Made by a program: the position numbers and the translations under genes. DNA of 64,000 nt from Octopus sinensis (lineage: Eukaryota), in the NCBI RefSeq assembly GCF_006345805.1, contig NC_043015.1, positions 21,390,001 to 21,454,000 of the forward strand. The letters run 5' to 3'. The notes under the pieces were generated by a model. The model did not search any database and was not told where the DNA came from. It saw only the letters and a program-made list of their open reading frames with translations. This document shows positions 1 through 13,545 of the stretch, one piece after another (positions within the stretch are counted from its first letter, which is position 1; the number at the start of each line of letters is the position of its first letter).

Positions 1-614
1 TCAAATGTCTCACAGATAATTTTCTTGTATAGCGTGTTGTTTCCTAGCTTTTACACACTCGTCGTCTCTTGTTTCAAATACAATTGTTTATGTGTTCTAA
101 TATAGAAAACAATTTTGTACCCTCAGATAATTTGTTTCCTCCTTCATTTGTAAATTCTAAATACGTTTTGTTTCTCTTAAATTCTCCAACAGTTTATTTG
201 ATTTTATATCCAAGATGGCTGCAGTAGTTCTTTACACAATTTCTAAGTCGAGAAGACACTTAAACGCTCATATATAATGTCAGGTTTAATTAAACTATAA
301 ATTAAAGTATGTGGAGAGTATCGTAAAGATAGATTATAATAATTGAGGATTTTACGATAACGTATAGCATATGACATTGTGTATCGCTATAACGACGAAG
401 AGAAAAATAAAACTTTAGATGTCGCTGTATTTAGATTATATTACTGTAGGTAATACAATATGCTTAACTATCTGTCTTTCTGTCTGTCTATTGGTCTACT
501 TGTCACTCTCTGTCTGTTTCGCTGTGCTTGTACGCATGCGCTTTTACCTATGTGTCACTGAATGAATTGAGTGTCACAACATAAATTTTGTGATACCATT
601 TGTATCATAAAACG

Positions 615-686
615 GGCATATGGCGTCGTGGTTAAAAGCGCGGGCTACAAAATCTCAAGATTCCGAGTTCGATTCCAAGCAGTGAT

Positions 687-720
<34 letters not shown>

Positions 721-902
721 TAATAATAATAATAATAATAATAATGATGACATCGAAAAATACCTTAGGAATGAGAACCCAGGTGCGAAATTTTCCCAAG
801 ACACCTGATGAAAGTTGGCGGGTACATCAGCCGAAACGTTGTGTTAACAACAAACAAGATGAGGACAAATATCCGCCAAATGTAAATTATGTAAATAATG
901 TA
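615..902 (+). mobile_element. tRNA-headed SINE-like element with (AAT)n linker and PLE-like 3' tail containing a hammerhead motif (family A)
   Basis: A-box-like TGGCGTCGTGG (621-631), B-box-like GAGTTCGATTCC (665-676), (AAT)n 690-746, then a tail homologous to the minus-strand copy at 3400-3550. Confidence 0.65.
801..844 (+). ncRNA. minimal type I hammerhead ribozyme motif, family A, stem II partly decayed
   Basis: ACAC-CTGATGA-A-AGTTG..CAGCC-GAAA-CG-TT-GTGT: helix I ACAC/GTGT, palindromic AACGTT helix III, GUU site. Confidence 0.65.
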
Positions 903-1877
903 CCTTTTGCATTAGACATTGGATATAGGCACAACAGAAATACCTATATTTGGAAGCGGAATTGTCTACATTGTATGCTGGGTTTTGGCAAAAGGTAAAA
1001 GCTAACAAATTCCAGAAAATATGCTATTTCACGCATGCAAAATATATTTTATTTAAACCAGTTAACTCGTAAATATTTTATTACATTTATCACATAGACA
1101 TAAATATTTTTAACTTAATTGCTTTATTAACATATGTGCCTTCGCTCAGATTATGGTGCCCCATGACGGGTGGAGAGCCAGATATGTATGAATTGAAAAT
1201 AAGACGGACATATTGCCATTTTTAACGAAACGAAGATATTTTAACCAATTTGAATATGTCCAGATTCTTGGTTAAAAATATTAGAAATATACAGATACAA
1301 ACTAATTTCTTCTATAAAGGAACTGTTTGTGGATGGGAGCAACTGTTTCGCTCATTTTTCAAGGGATAAGGTCTGATATTTGTCTGCTTTAGAATTCCTC
1401 AAGTAAATGACATATTAACCTATAATGTTCCTTTCATATACAATTCCAACGAGAAAGAACCGCTACAAGTGTCAGGAAAGTTATTAATATTTCTATATTA
1501 TACAAACACACACGCACGCACGAACACGCTCACACATACACACATATGTATATATATATTTTCCTTTTGAAAAACTGAATTGCAGGTGCATATAGATCTC
1601 CCACGGTAGGTGAATGTAGGGCTGCCAGATTTTCTTTGAAGATGAAGAAAAAAATAAGTGATAGTAATTAGATTTTCTGATATATTCTCAATCCCATATG
1701 AGTGTTTTAACCTTTAATTTTTAGTCTCTCCTTCTTCTGCCAAAAGTATTTCGGAGTTAATTAAATAACAGTTTGAAAATCAAATTGCTTTATTATAGAT
1801 CATTGGCAATTTATAAAACATCACGAACACTCAGCGGAACGGCAACCACATACATGCCCATTACGTACTCACGCAAG

Positions 1878-1940
<63 letters not shown>

Positions 1941-2069
1941 ACGCGCACACACAGAGGCGTACGTATTAACAACTTCCTTTCAGTGTTGCTCGGGTTGTTT
2001 GTTAGTCACTTATTCATTTTCTCTTAATTCTTTTTATCAACTATATTACCAGTTATAATAATACTTTCT

Positions 2070-2623
2070 ACAACAGGTACGAGACCGCAAATGTCGGAGT
2101 TGGGGACTAGTCACTTACATCGCACCCACATCTCAGCTGGTATCTATTTTATCGCATCTGGAAAAATGAAAGGCAAAGTCGAACTCTCCCGAGCTGGAAC
2201 TCAGAAGGTAAAGAGGGACGAATTACTGTTAAGCGTTTTGTGTACAACAGCAGCAGCATCAATGACTGCCACAAGAGCAGTCATTTTGGTGGGGAAGTGG
2301 ATAAGTCGATTATAGCGACCCGGAAAGGATAAAAGATCAAGTCGACCTCAGGGGGATTTGAACTCCGAACGTAACGGCAGACGAAATACCTATTTCTTTA
2401 CTACCCACAAGGGTCTAAACACAGAGAGGACAAACAAGTACAGACAAAGGGATTGAGTCGATTATATCAACTCCAGTGCGTAACTGGTACTTATTTAATC
2501 GACCCCGAAAGGATTAAAGGCAAAGTCGACCTCGGCGGAATTTGAACTCAGAACGTAGCGGCAGACGAAATACCGCTACGCATTTCGGCAGGCATACTAA
2601 CGATTCTGCCAGCTCGCCGTCTT
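2070..2623 (-). mobile_element. multimeric tRNA-derived SINE (family S1, MetaSINE-like central domain)
   Basis: Reverse complement of head GGCGAGCTGGCAGAA..., B-box-like GAGTTCAAATTCC and GTCGACTTTGCCTTT..CGGGGTCGAT domain shared with about 8 other copies here. Confidence 0.8.
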
Positions 2624-2631
2624 AATGATAA

Positions 2632-2669
2632 TGATAGTAGTACTAGTAGTAGTAGTAGTAGTAGTAGTA

Positions 2670-2728
<59 letters not shown>

Positions 2729-2750
2729 TAAATAATAATAATAATAATAA
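2632..2750. repeat. (TAG)n/(TAA)n microsatellite
   Basis: Direct reading. Confidence 0.95.
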
Positions 2751-3399
2751 AGAAAGTAAATGCTCGGTGGATTTAAGTTTCGTTACATTCTATGTTCAGA
2801 TACTATCAATCTCAAATATGTTTTTTTAAGTGATATTTAAGTGATATTTCAAATGCGAAGCATCCAGTTTATTGGGTTTCTCTAATATAGTGTTGATTCT
2901 TTCTCGGAATGGGACGATTGTGCGCGACTCTACGGGCGCTCGTGATGTAATGTGGCTGGCTGGACATTTTGGCATTGGAAGAAAGCACTCGTTGTGCACT
3001 CACGCCCAGTAATATACATACAAACGAATAAAAAAATGAGGTAGAATGTGAAAAACACTACAATTTATTAATTGAACACCGCTGACACAAACACCTTCCC
3101 CTCTTACCATAAACATATACTCACATATACAGAGAGAGAGAGAGAGAGAGAGCGTGTGTGTGTGAGAGAGAGAGATAGAGAGAGAAAGGAAGAATGGAAG
3201 TTAAAGATCAAGTGAGGGATACAGGTTATAGTGAAATATGTCTGTTGTTGAAGAAGTCGCCATCGAAACTGCAATGCTAAACTCGCGGAGCCAAACGGCT
3301 ATACCCGGACGCCTCAAAAATATGATAACCTGCGAAAAAATGAAAAGAAATATTAAAATACCAAAAAAATATCGAATTGGCAAAGGCGTTAGAACGACG

Positions 3400-3557
3400 A
3401 TTTAATGTACATTATTTACATTTGACGGATATTTGTCCTCATCTTGTTTGTTCTTAACACAACATTTCGGCTGATATACCCTGCAGCCTTCATCAGGTGT
3501 CTTGGAGAAATTGCGAACCTCGGTTCTCATTCCTATGGTATTTCTCGATGTTGTTGT

Positions 3558-3604
<47 letters not shown>

Positions 3605-3668
3605 TAATAATAATAATAATATCAAAAATACCTTAGTAATGAGAACCCAGATTCGAAATTTCCCAAAG
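3400..3668 (-). mobile_element. family A tail (minus) plus a short inverted copy beyond (AAT)n
   Basis: 3400-3550 is the reverse complement of about 750-900; 3620-3668 repeats the segment in plus orientation. Confidence 0.75.
3457..3500 (-). ncRNA. minimal type I hammerhead ribozyme motif, family A
   Basis: Minus strand ACAC-CTGATGA-A-GGCTG-CAGGGTATAT-CAGCC-GAAA-TG-TT-GTGT; perfect 5-bp stem II. Confidence 0.7.
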
Positions 3669-3669
3669 A

Positions 3670-3809
3670 ACCGCTAAGTTACGGGGACGTAACCACACCA
3701 ACATCGGTTTTCAAGCGATGGTGGAGGGGACAAACACAAACACACAAATACTTGCACACACACACACATACACACGCACACATACATATACACAGGCAGA
3801 CATATATAT

Positions 3810-3847
<38 letters not shown>

Positions 3848-4005
3848 CACGACGGGCTTCTTCCAGTTTCTGTCTAACAAATCTACTCACGAGGTTTTGG
3901 TCGACCCGAGGCTATAGTAGAAGACACCTAACCAAGGTGCCACGCAGTGGGATTGAACCCAGAACCTTGTGGCCAGGAAGCAAGCTACTTACCACACCTG
4001 CGCCT
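3670..4005 (-). mobile_element. tRNA-derived CORE-like SINE (family S2)
   Basis: Minus strand: degenerate tRNA head with GGGTTCAATCCC, CORE-like ACCTTGGTTAGGTGTCTT, internal (CA)/(TA) tract; homologs at 7117, 19425, 27100, 38925, 49005. Confidence 0.8.
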
Positions 4006-4211
4006 GGTGTCCTGTATACTCTGTTTTAACATAATTCGCTTTTCATTCCGTGTATACTTTTTACATATTCGGTCATCGCTGCTTCTTCCCGCGATGAAGA
4101 AGGAACCTGTTTTTTTTTTCTTTTTTTTTTCTGCTGCAAATACAATCCCTCACGTTTCTCTGCATGATTTGCTCTTTATTTAGGAACGTATAAATGTCGA
4201 AATGTATAAAC

Positions 4212-4212
4212 G

Positions 4213-4258
<46 letters not shown>

Positions 4259-4280
4259 GCTACTACTACTACTACTACTG

Positions 4281-4312
<32 letters not shown>

Positions 4313-4427
4313 ACTACTATTGCTACTGCTGCTACTACTACAACAACTACTACTACTATTGCTACTGCTGCGACTACTACTACTACTGCTACTGCTGCTG
4401 CTGCGACTACTAATACTGCTGCTGCTG

Positions 4428-4472
<45 letters not shown>
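4212..4472. repeat. (CTA)n/(CTG)n compound trinucleotide tract
   Basis: Direct reading; explains the poly-Thr and poly-Leu ORFs. Confidence 0.95.
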
Positions 4473-4475
<3 letters not shown>

Positions 4476-5425
4476 ATATTCGACGATGTTTCTCAGAATT
4501 AGTTGAGCGATTTTAAATATTTATCCTAGATTTTTCTATTCTCCCCCCATCCCATCTACCTGTATTATTTTATTCCTTCCATAAACTCTAAAGTACATTT
4601 CTAAAGATGTCTCTGTTCTAATTCTCTGATTGAATATCTAAATATATAACGTTTTCTTTTTCTAGTTTTAATTCATATACCTGTTCTGAGAATAACTGGA
4701 GGCGTATTTATCCAATCCTACATTCATTTTTCAAATCGCTAATGAATTCATCTAAGTTTTATGAGTATGTTTTTCAACTGGGAATTCTCAATTCTAAATA
4801 TATAAAGAGAGTAAATTCATCTGCTTTGAGAAGACGATGGCCTTTATATCTTGGTTTGTTTTTAGTTTATCTTTATGATTTTTTCCATGATTTTATTGGT
4901 GCCTCATATTTGTTATTGATGTCCGATCTCAAGTGCAATGTAGATAAAGATTTTGCGAGAAAATTTACGGCTCGTGAAGTAGGTTTATATTATAAGGCGG
5001 GAAGGATGTTAGAAATGGCCACCATCTTCATCAATATAGAACAGCCGAGTTGGTGTCCATCATTATTAAGGTAGTAAGGTTAGAATATTTCAGAAATTAG
5101 TAATATTTATATGGTGAAAAGAAAAGGAATTTAATTCTCACAACACTATATACGCTGGCATTTATTTGACTGTGATATTTTCGTGCAGATGTCGTCTCTG
5201 GCTATCATTCTTGCAGTTGCCATATGAATTTGATGCAAACCCGTGAGTATTATGATATAGTAAATATCCTATCTTTAATTTGGCAAGAAGAAGGCTAGAT
5301 TTAGCTGAGAAACTTTATAAAATGAGTTATCCTCCAGACGTGTAAAAACACGTTCAATAAAATTAATCATTAAACTTTCATTTTCTCCTGTACATCACTT
5401 AATTATTATTAGCTAATTACAAGTT

Positions 5426-5603
5426 GGGGAGCTGGCAGAAACGTTAGCACGCCGGGCAAAATACTTCGCGGCATTTCGTCCGTCTTTACGTTATGAGTTC
5501 AAATTCTACAGAAAGGGACTTTGCCTTTCATCCTTATGGGGTAGACGTAATCAATTAGTCTTCTCCCCCAAAATCTAGGTCTTGTGCTTTAAGTAGAAAG
5601 GAT
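5426..5603 (+). mobile_element. SINE family S1, monomer
   Basis: GAGCTGGCAGAAACGTTAGCACGCCGGGC head, GAGTTCAAATTC box, shared domain and tail. Confidence 0.8.
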
Positions 5604-5699
5604 TAGCAGTGAAGTATGATGTAGAGGGAGGTACTTTCAATTTTATTTATTTATTTTTAATCTAATGTTGAACATTGGATCGGCAAAGTCTTTCGAGCG

Positions 5700-5761
<62 letters not shown>

Positions 5762-5774
5762 GTTTGTGTGTACA

Positions 5775-5905
5775 TATTTTTCTCTTATTCCTTTCTCTTG
5801 AAGACCGTAGGCTGGAAACGTAAAAGACTTTCTCATCTTCCCGAGAGTCAAACTAATAACCTGTTTGTTGTTCATACACCTGTCTTGTCTGTTTTTCTGT
5901 AAATT
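5775..5905 (+). mobile_element. PLE pseudo-LTR-like fragment, family B, with degenerate hammerhead at 5791-5826
   Basis: CTTT-CTCTTGA-A-GACCGTAGGCTG-GAAA-CG-TA-AAAG; homologous to 54300-54447 and 44575-44675 (minus). Confidence 0.55.
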
Positions 5906-6959
5906 TCAACTATATATATACACATATATATTGTATATATATATATATATATATATGATGTACGTAGGTTTGTATGTGTATGTGCATATATATAGATATG
6001 TGAATATATGTACGTATCTCTCTCCTCTCTCTCTCTCTCTCTCTCTGTATATATATATTCATAGACTGACGCACAATCATCCTTTCTATTGTTTAGATAT
6101 AATGTCACCTAGATGTTTACAAAGCGGCATCGTTCCTGTATATATTCATATTTATCATATTATGATCTCTAAGAACTCCCATATAAGCAAACACAGAGAC
6201 AAGGACGTGCACACACAGACGGGGACACGCACTCACACACGCAGACACACACACTTACACACACTTACACATAAGCGCACTTAAACACACACTCACAAGC
6301 ACAGATACACACAGACACACACGCACGCAGGCATGGTACACACACACACAGACAAACACATCTGCGGTGTGCATGTATAATTACTTTATTACTGTACATA
6401 AATTAATGTATTGACGCCAAATAGAACGAAATTCTTCATGAATCACTCCGCAGTTTTGTCCCTGAAGGTTATTTCTTAAATTCCAAATGATTTCCGTATT
6501 CTTAAAAATTGAATATTCCCAATTAGAAAATCCATCACTATATCGCGTTTACGAGCGAGTTAAGGTCCTCCGGGATATGTAGAGAAGAGCACCATGAAGC
6601 GATTATTTGTTAATCAGTGATTATGTTGTGGACGTCGTATTACTTGACTCAGAATTAATATCATTAGGACAGTCTCCTTTGTTATTTCTCGTGAAACATT
6701 ATCAATTGTAGCTGGCTCGATGCTGTCCAATAATTAAAATGTATTACTTAGAAAGGAAACGGAATCATGTGTACATACATACATACATACACACACAGAC
6801 ACACACACACACACACATATATATATACATGCAAACATCTATACGAAATCATACGTACACATACATACACTCGCACACAAGTATATATTTCTATGTTTAC
6901 TCACACACATACATATATATTCATATATAGCATATAATACACACACATACACATATATA

Positions 6960-7036
6960 TGCATGTATGTATGTACGTATGTATGTATGTATGTATGTAT
7001 GTATGTATGTATGTATGTATGTATGTATGTATGTAT
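6960..7036. repeat. (TATG)n microsatellite
   Basis: Direct reading. Confidence 0.95.
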
Positions 7037-7116
7037 GTATGTATGTATGTATGTATATAAAGTATATGTGTAGTTGAATTATATATTTTTCTAATAGTGT
7101 ATGATACATATATATA

Positions 7117-7368
7117 GCTTCGGGCCGACGAAGGCCTCCTGGTTGGATTTGGTAGACGGAAACTGAAAGAAACCCGTCAGATATATGTATGTATATATTA
7201 TTTATGTGTGTGAACGTGTGTCTTTGTGTCTGTGTTTCTCCACCATCACTCGACAAACTATGTTAGTGTGTTTATGGCCCGTAATTTAGCGGTTTGTCAA
7301 AAGAGACTTATGTGGTGCTCCAGCATGGCTGCAGGGAAATGACTGAAACAAGTAAAAGAATAAAAGAA
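7117..7368 (+). mobile_element. SINE family S2, 5'-truncated
   Basis: CGGGCCGAC..GGATTTGGTAGACGGAAACTGAAAGAAACCCGTC body and TAAAAGAA tail match other S2 copies. Confidence 0.75.
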
Positions 7369-7369
7369 C

Positions 7370-7584
7370 TATAGAGAGACATGCCAAAAGTATATAGACA
7401 CCCCATAAAACTTTGTTTTATGTTTATTCTCATTAGTAAATGTTTATATTCTTTATTGATTGACATTTTCATGTTTCCGGTTCTATACGTGATTGTTTAA
7501 TCATACCATGTACAAGATATGCCTTGGAACTGTCTGAATTTCAGAGAGACGCTATTGTGGTTCATTCTGAACCACAATACCATC

Positions 7585-7677
<93 letters not shown>

Positions 7678-8391
7678 GATCAGTGAGATAGTGGCTATGC
7701 CACTATCATGTTGGTGCACTGTGAATTTCACAATATACTAGAATGATAAAGGAGTCTGCATCAACTCGCGCAGATCAACCAGGACCCTTTTCTTTGCTCA
7801 GAGAAGTTTGGAGGATAATCTTCGTAGCAAGGCTTCTAACATAGAGGGACATGTTAATGTCAGTCCCAGAACAGCTGTCAGGTATCTCCCTAAACTTGGT
7901 TACTCTGACTGAAAAGCAAGATGTAAGCCACTTCTTCGACAAGTCAACATTAAACAGAGAAAAAATTGGGTCAGTGAGGTAATGGAGATACCTCTATCAT
8001 TTTGGCGCACTTTAATATTCTCTGATGAGTTCAGATTTGCTATATTTCCTGACAGTGGTCGACTGTGGATCTGGAAACTGTGATCATTAATTTGATGTGA
8101 AAAGTTTGCAGACAACAATGAAACATGGCAGCTATTCTATGATGATCTGGGGAACAATTTGGAGCAACGATTGATCAGAGCTGGTGGAGTCTCAGGGTAA
8201 CATAAATTTAAATAAATATGTGTCCATATTGCTGAAAGGAATCCTTTCAATTTTCTCCAGTGGTGAAATAATTAAAGAAGACTATTTATGAAAGATGAGG
8301 CTCCTTGTTGCATGGCTAAAATGACCCCAGAGTTTTTGGATCTGAATGGCATTAAAAAGTTACATATACATATATACACACATATATACAA

Positions 8392-8434
<43 letters not shown>

Positions 8435-8560
8435 ACATTGTCCCGAAAGAGATCAAAGAGGAAGAGGATCCCATCAACTTTGAACGGAGTCTGGATAGAT
8501 TCCTTCAAGGAATACCAGATAAGCCACCCATAATTGGATACAACTCACCCAACAAAAACT
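7370..8560 (+). mobile_element. decayed Tc1/mariner DNA transposon
   Basis: Remnant transposase motifs: FSDE-like (TCTGATGAG, about 8022), MIWGTIW, MKDEAPCC (QDNAPCH-like) and PEFLDLNGIKKL (SPDLNPIENL-like); frameshifts and (TA)n insertions; no right TIR found. Confidence 0.7.
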
Positions 8561-8770
8561 CACTTCCTGAATGGACCATAAACAAAACTTGACTTAAACA
8601 GGATTTAGATAATCCTATCAGGTGGTGCTATTAAGTTAGACATGGCCTGGACCAATCTTTGGTCGAAACATATCTAACTTTATCTAAGTTTATATATATA
8701 TATACATATATATAAATAGAAAGTTAGATATGTAGATATACGTACATATATACATACATACATTATATAT

Positions 8771-8823
<53 letters not shown>

Positions 8824-8979
8824 TTATATATATATATATACATATGTATATTATATATATGTACGTATATATGTACATATATCTATATATCTACCTTTAT
8901 ATATATATAGTCACAGGCACAGAAAAACAATTTGTCCCAAATATCTGAATGAGAAATATACAGTAGCAATACGGAACAG

Positions 8980-9605
8980 TAAAGTTCACTTGCCAATATA
9001 CTGAGGCAGTTCCACAGAAAGACAACGTTACTGACACCCAACTCAAGGAAAACAACTTTTCCAGTTGTTTATCGGCACACAGTTTGTGACTGTGTAGTAC
9101 ATGCAAGAGAAGTTATCGCTCCCATTTCCAGCCCCGCGTGATACTCACAGACCTAAGTTTCTAAGTAGGTACCAGTCTTGAGTGTGAGATAATCACCGGA
9201 TATTGATGAAAGCTCTCTCCACCTGCAAAAACTATATGGTTTTTAAGCGACACGCTGTCAGTGATCTCATAAAGAGAAGAATAACTTGTCCCAATTTAGG
9301 AGAATTATCTTTACGTGATCAGCGACTGTGTGTCGCTTGAAAAATATATTGTGTTTGCAGGTAGAGAGAGCCTTCATCACAAGCCAGTGATTATCTCGCA
9401 CTGAGGACGGGTAACTACCCAGAAACTTAGGTCTGTGAGTATCACGCAGGGTTGGAGATGGAAGCCATAACCACTCTTGAAAGTACTATGCGGGAAGAAA
9501 CTGGGTGCCGGTAGCCAACTGGAAAAGTTGTTTTCGTGGGGCTGGGTGACAGTAACATCTTCCTTGTTGGACTGCCACATCATGTTGGCAAGTGAACGTG
9601 AACGT
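8980..9605. repeat. ~620-bp imperfect fold-back palindrome, centre about 9291
   Basis: 9136-9162 is the exact reverse complement of 9421-9447; GTTCACTTGCCAA (8984) pairs with TTGGCAAGTGAAC (9597); collinear matches between. Confidence 0.9.
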
Positions 9606-9737
9606 TAACAAATATTATATATTACTTGGTGAAATTGATTAATTAATTAATTTTACCCTCAATTGTTGAAATTATAATTCATCTTTCTCTATTTAATGCC
9701 TCGGATTTTACCGAAAAAAGCATAGTGTTTACTGATT

Positions 9738-9960
9738 TTAACCCACGCTGGTGGAATGGGGAGAGCAGAAATTCTTCGCTTGCATATTTGAGTTTGCTGG
9801 CACTGTTAGTTTCGAGCAGATCTTCAGAAGCGATAAGAAGCCGAAAGGGTATGCTCCCACTTTCAGTGTTTTCAAATCCAAACCAAGGAGTTCTGAGCTG
9901 TGGATAGAAGTGTCGAGTTGACTAATCTTGAAACGTACGTTCTCAAATAACCTTTGCATT
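9738..9960 (-). pseudogene. possible hAT transposase C-terminal dimerisation-domain remnant
   Basis: ..YPFGFLSLLKICSKLTVPANSNMQAKNFCS loosely matches the YP.L...A..L..PA.S...ER.FS pattern; resemblance only. Confidence 0.3.
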
Positions 9961-10126
9961 TGATTTTTTAATGTCTTTACCCCCATACTTTCGTGAGTTG
10001 AATTGAGCAAACACTATATGAGAGAGGTTTTCTTTAAGTATTAGAAATAGTTTTAAAAAAGTTTTTTTAGCTGCTATTTCTAATGAGTTCAGTATGCGGC
10101 AAAGTAATTTATTTTACTAAGCCCTT

Positions 10127-10198
<72 letters not shown>

Positions 10199-10317
10199 AC
10201 ACACACATATATATATATATATTATATATGTATATGTATGTATATATATATAATATATATGTATATATATATATGTATATATATATATGTATATATATAT
10301 ATATACATAAATATATA

Positions 10318-10353
<36 letters not shown>

Positions 10354-10850
10354 TGTGTGTATATATTCGTGTATATATATACATCTATACATATGTATAT
10401 ACAAACATGTTTTTATGCGTGTGCAACTGCGGTCTGCGTAAGTCCGAGCCTGTAGTATCATTACGTCTAGACATAGTTTGATATTTTATTACTGAAATAA
10501 TTGAATGATACATTACGATTTTATATGTTTATGCTTTTCTTTGTCATTTTCGTTTAAAGTGATACTTAATTTGTATAGAAGTACTGAGCAGTCATCACCA
10601 GAGATAAATGTGGGCCCGATGGTAGTTAGTCTTTAGTTACTACACTCCTGCATATCCACACGAAGGCACACATATACACTCAAACGCCTACACTCCTTCC
10701 GCACAAAATATTTGATTCTCATACTCCGTTTGTAAATATTTATTTATATATATATATATATATACAGAGAGATAGATAGATAAATAGATACATACATACA
10801 TACATTACATACATTTCATTACATACCTACACACATACATACATATATAC

Positions 10851-10908
<58 letters not shown>

Positions 10909-11318
10909 GATGTGTATATGTATGTATATATATGTGGTGTGTGTGTGTGTATGTATGTATGGTGTGTGCGTATATGTACACAATGCGCATATATATATTT
11001 ATACAACCCTGCGTATTCATTCAGAAAGACACACATGCATGTATATGTCCACATGTGTGTATGTGTATGATTATGTGTATCTGTGTGTATGTGTGTGTGT
11101 GTGCCTGTGTGTATAATCTGTATTTATAAGTGTCTCTATTTATGTCTGAAGAACGTGTCTGTGTCATCAAAATGGAAACGTGTTCTTTTATCCGGCAACA
11201 AAATATGAATGAATACCTAAAGCAAACATCCACATACAGAAGCGCTGGGAGATATATGCATATACACAGACACACACAGGCACACACACACACACACACA
11301 TATATACACACACGCACA

Positions 11319-11366
<48 letters not shown>

Positions 11367-12093
11367 TACGTACATATTTATACACACACACACACACATA
11401 TATATATATGTGTGAGCCTATATATATACATATACGTAATCAAACATAGAGACCTAGCCTATTTATCGGATCCGCATTATTTAATATTACTTCACAAAGC
11501 ATTTAAGTACCAGATGTACATTTCTAGTGAACTGCGAAACTCCTATCAATAAAATAATGTCTGAATGATAACAATTTTTTTGACTTTTTCTAAAACGTAG
11601 CTCCAATCTTCAAAGGTGCCAAACTCTATCATAGATTTCTGGCGACTTTTCGAAATAATTGCTTAGATAACTTGTAATTTTTATGGGGGAAACAACGTCA
11701 ATGAGTAGCCAAAACATTAAAGGAAAATATAAATACACAAATACACCTACGTATATCTAGGTGTACGCACAGAGTGTGCTTAACCACAGTCACAGATGTT
11801 AACATGTGCTTAACCACATACACACGAATGATGGTTCATACACACTTAGCATCTACCTAGGCTTTATATCTTACCTTTTGCCATTCTTCTATACCCTCCC
11901 TTTATCTTCTCGTTTGTATATATATATATATATATATATATATAAGACTTTCGGATAAATGCTATTGAATGAAGCACAATGAAGTTACATTTACAGACGT
12001 ACATCCCATGAAGACACCAAAACGCGCTCACATATACATACAGCTATATATGTGTGTATATATGTATAGGTTTGTTTGTATATATATATATCT

Positions 12094-12136
<43 letters not shown>

Positions 12137-12289
12137 AATATAATGTTCGTATATATGTGTATATACATATTATATATACAAAGACATATATGGGGTTAAA
12201 TCCTCTTCGTATCACAATGTTAGAATCTTATCTAACCCTAAATATCGTTAGCTTTATGTCAAGTTTTGTACGATCATTCATATACTTGA

Positions 12290-12462
<173 letters not shown>

Positions 12463-12659
12463 TGTCTGCGTTTTGAGTGTATGTATATATGTGTAGCCAT
12501 AAAAAACCGAGATTTTACAACGTCCATCAGATTCTTGCTTTGAGGCAAATGTGCGCGTCCATGAAATATCATACACAGACACCTTTCTCTATAATAAATG
12601 CATTAATTACTGTCATATGAACGTGAATACATACACATATACATATTATATACATACAT

Positions 12660-12726
<67 letters not shown>

Positions 12727-13361
12727 TGTGTATCTGAAAGTATATGAATACATAAACACACATATATATTTCTGTATATATACTTACATATATATATGTG
12801 TGTGTATATAAATATTTGTGTGCGCGAATGCGTGTTTGAGTGTGTGTGTATATACTTAAATACATAGAAACATAAAATATACAGCCGATTAATTTCCTCC
12901 TGATTACCGATTACCTCTTCTAACCAAAATCAAAATATTCAGACGTTCTACTTTTTATTGCCTATTGCCTATAAGCAAATATTAGTCAAAAATATATTTC
13001 ATTTTTATCTATTATTACATTATAAACGATCTATAAACATTCTGGAATAATTCCTTCCTACACCTTCTGATATCGATTCTTCAAATCATTGCATCAATCG
13101 TCTTTCCCCTCCTACTGATTTATTTTCACATTCATAATCAGCTGGTAGCTGTTATTTTAATCCCTCATATAGAGGTTTAATTGCTTGTTTAAATATCACT
13201 GTGGAAGATTACACCGATATCCTATCATTATTCTCCACTTGTGATTCATTTTATCATTCATTTCTACCAGCACTGATATCTACATGCCTGTCTGTCTGCC
13301 TGTCCGTCTGTCTGACTATGTATGTATCTATTTGCATAGCTACCTATATACAGTTCAATTA

Positions 13362-13445
13362 GTCAATCAAACAATCAATCAATCAATCAAACAATCAATC
13401 AGACAATCAATCACTCAATCAATCAGACAATCAATCAATCACGCA

Positions 13446-13540
<95 letters not shown>

Positions 13541-13545
13541 GATCG
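13362..13545. repeat. (TCAA)n plus (TCTA)n compound microsatellite
   Basis: Direct reading. Confidence 0.95.

Noticed and set aside
615-680. Genuine tRNA gene
   Set aside because: No complete cloverleaf or acceptor stem; this and the other tRNA-like heads are SINE 5' ends
4194-4516. Poly-Leu and poly-Thr/Ala ORFs resembling a mucin or antifreeze protein
   Set aside because: Pure (CTA/CTG)n tract with no flanking coding context or splice signals
4700-5075. APE-endonuclease remnant on the minus strand
   Set aside because: Only a faint LNDG.PT-like resemblance across a frameshift
8021-8030. CTGATGAG as a ribozyme core
   Set aside because: It is the Ser-Asp-Glu codon run of the Tc1 FSDE motif, with no downstream GAAA or helices
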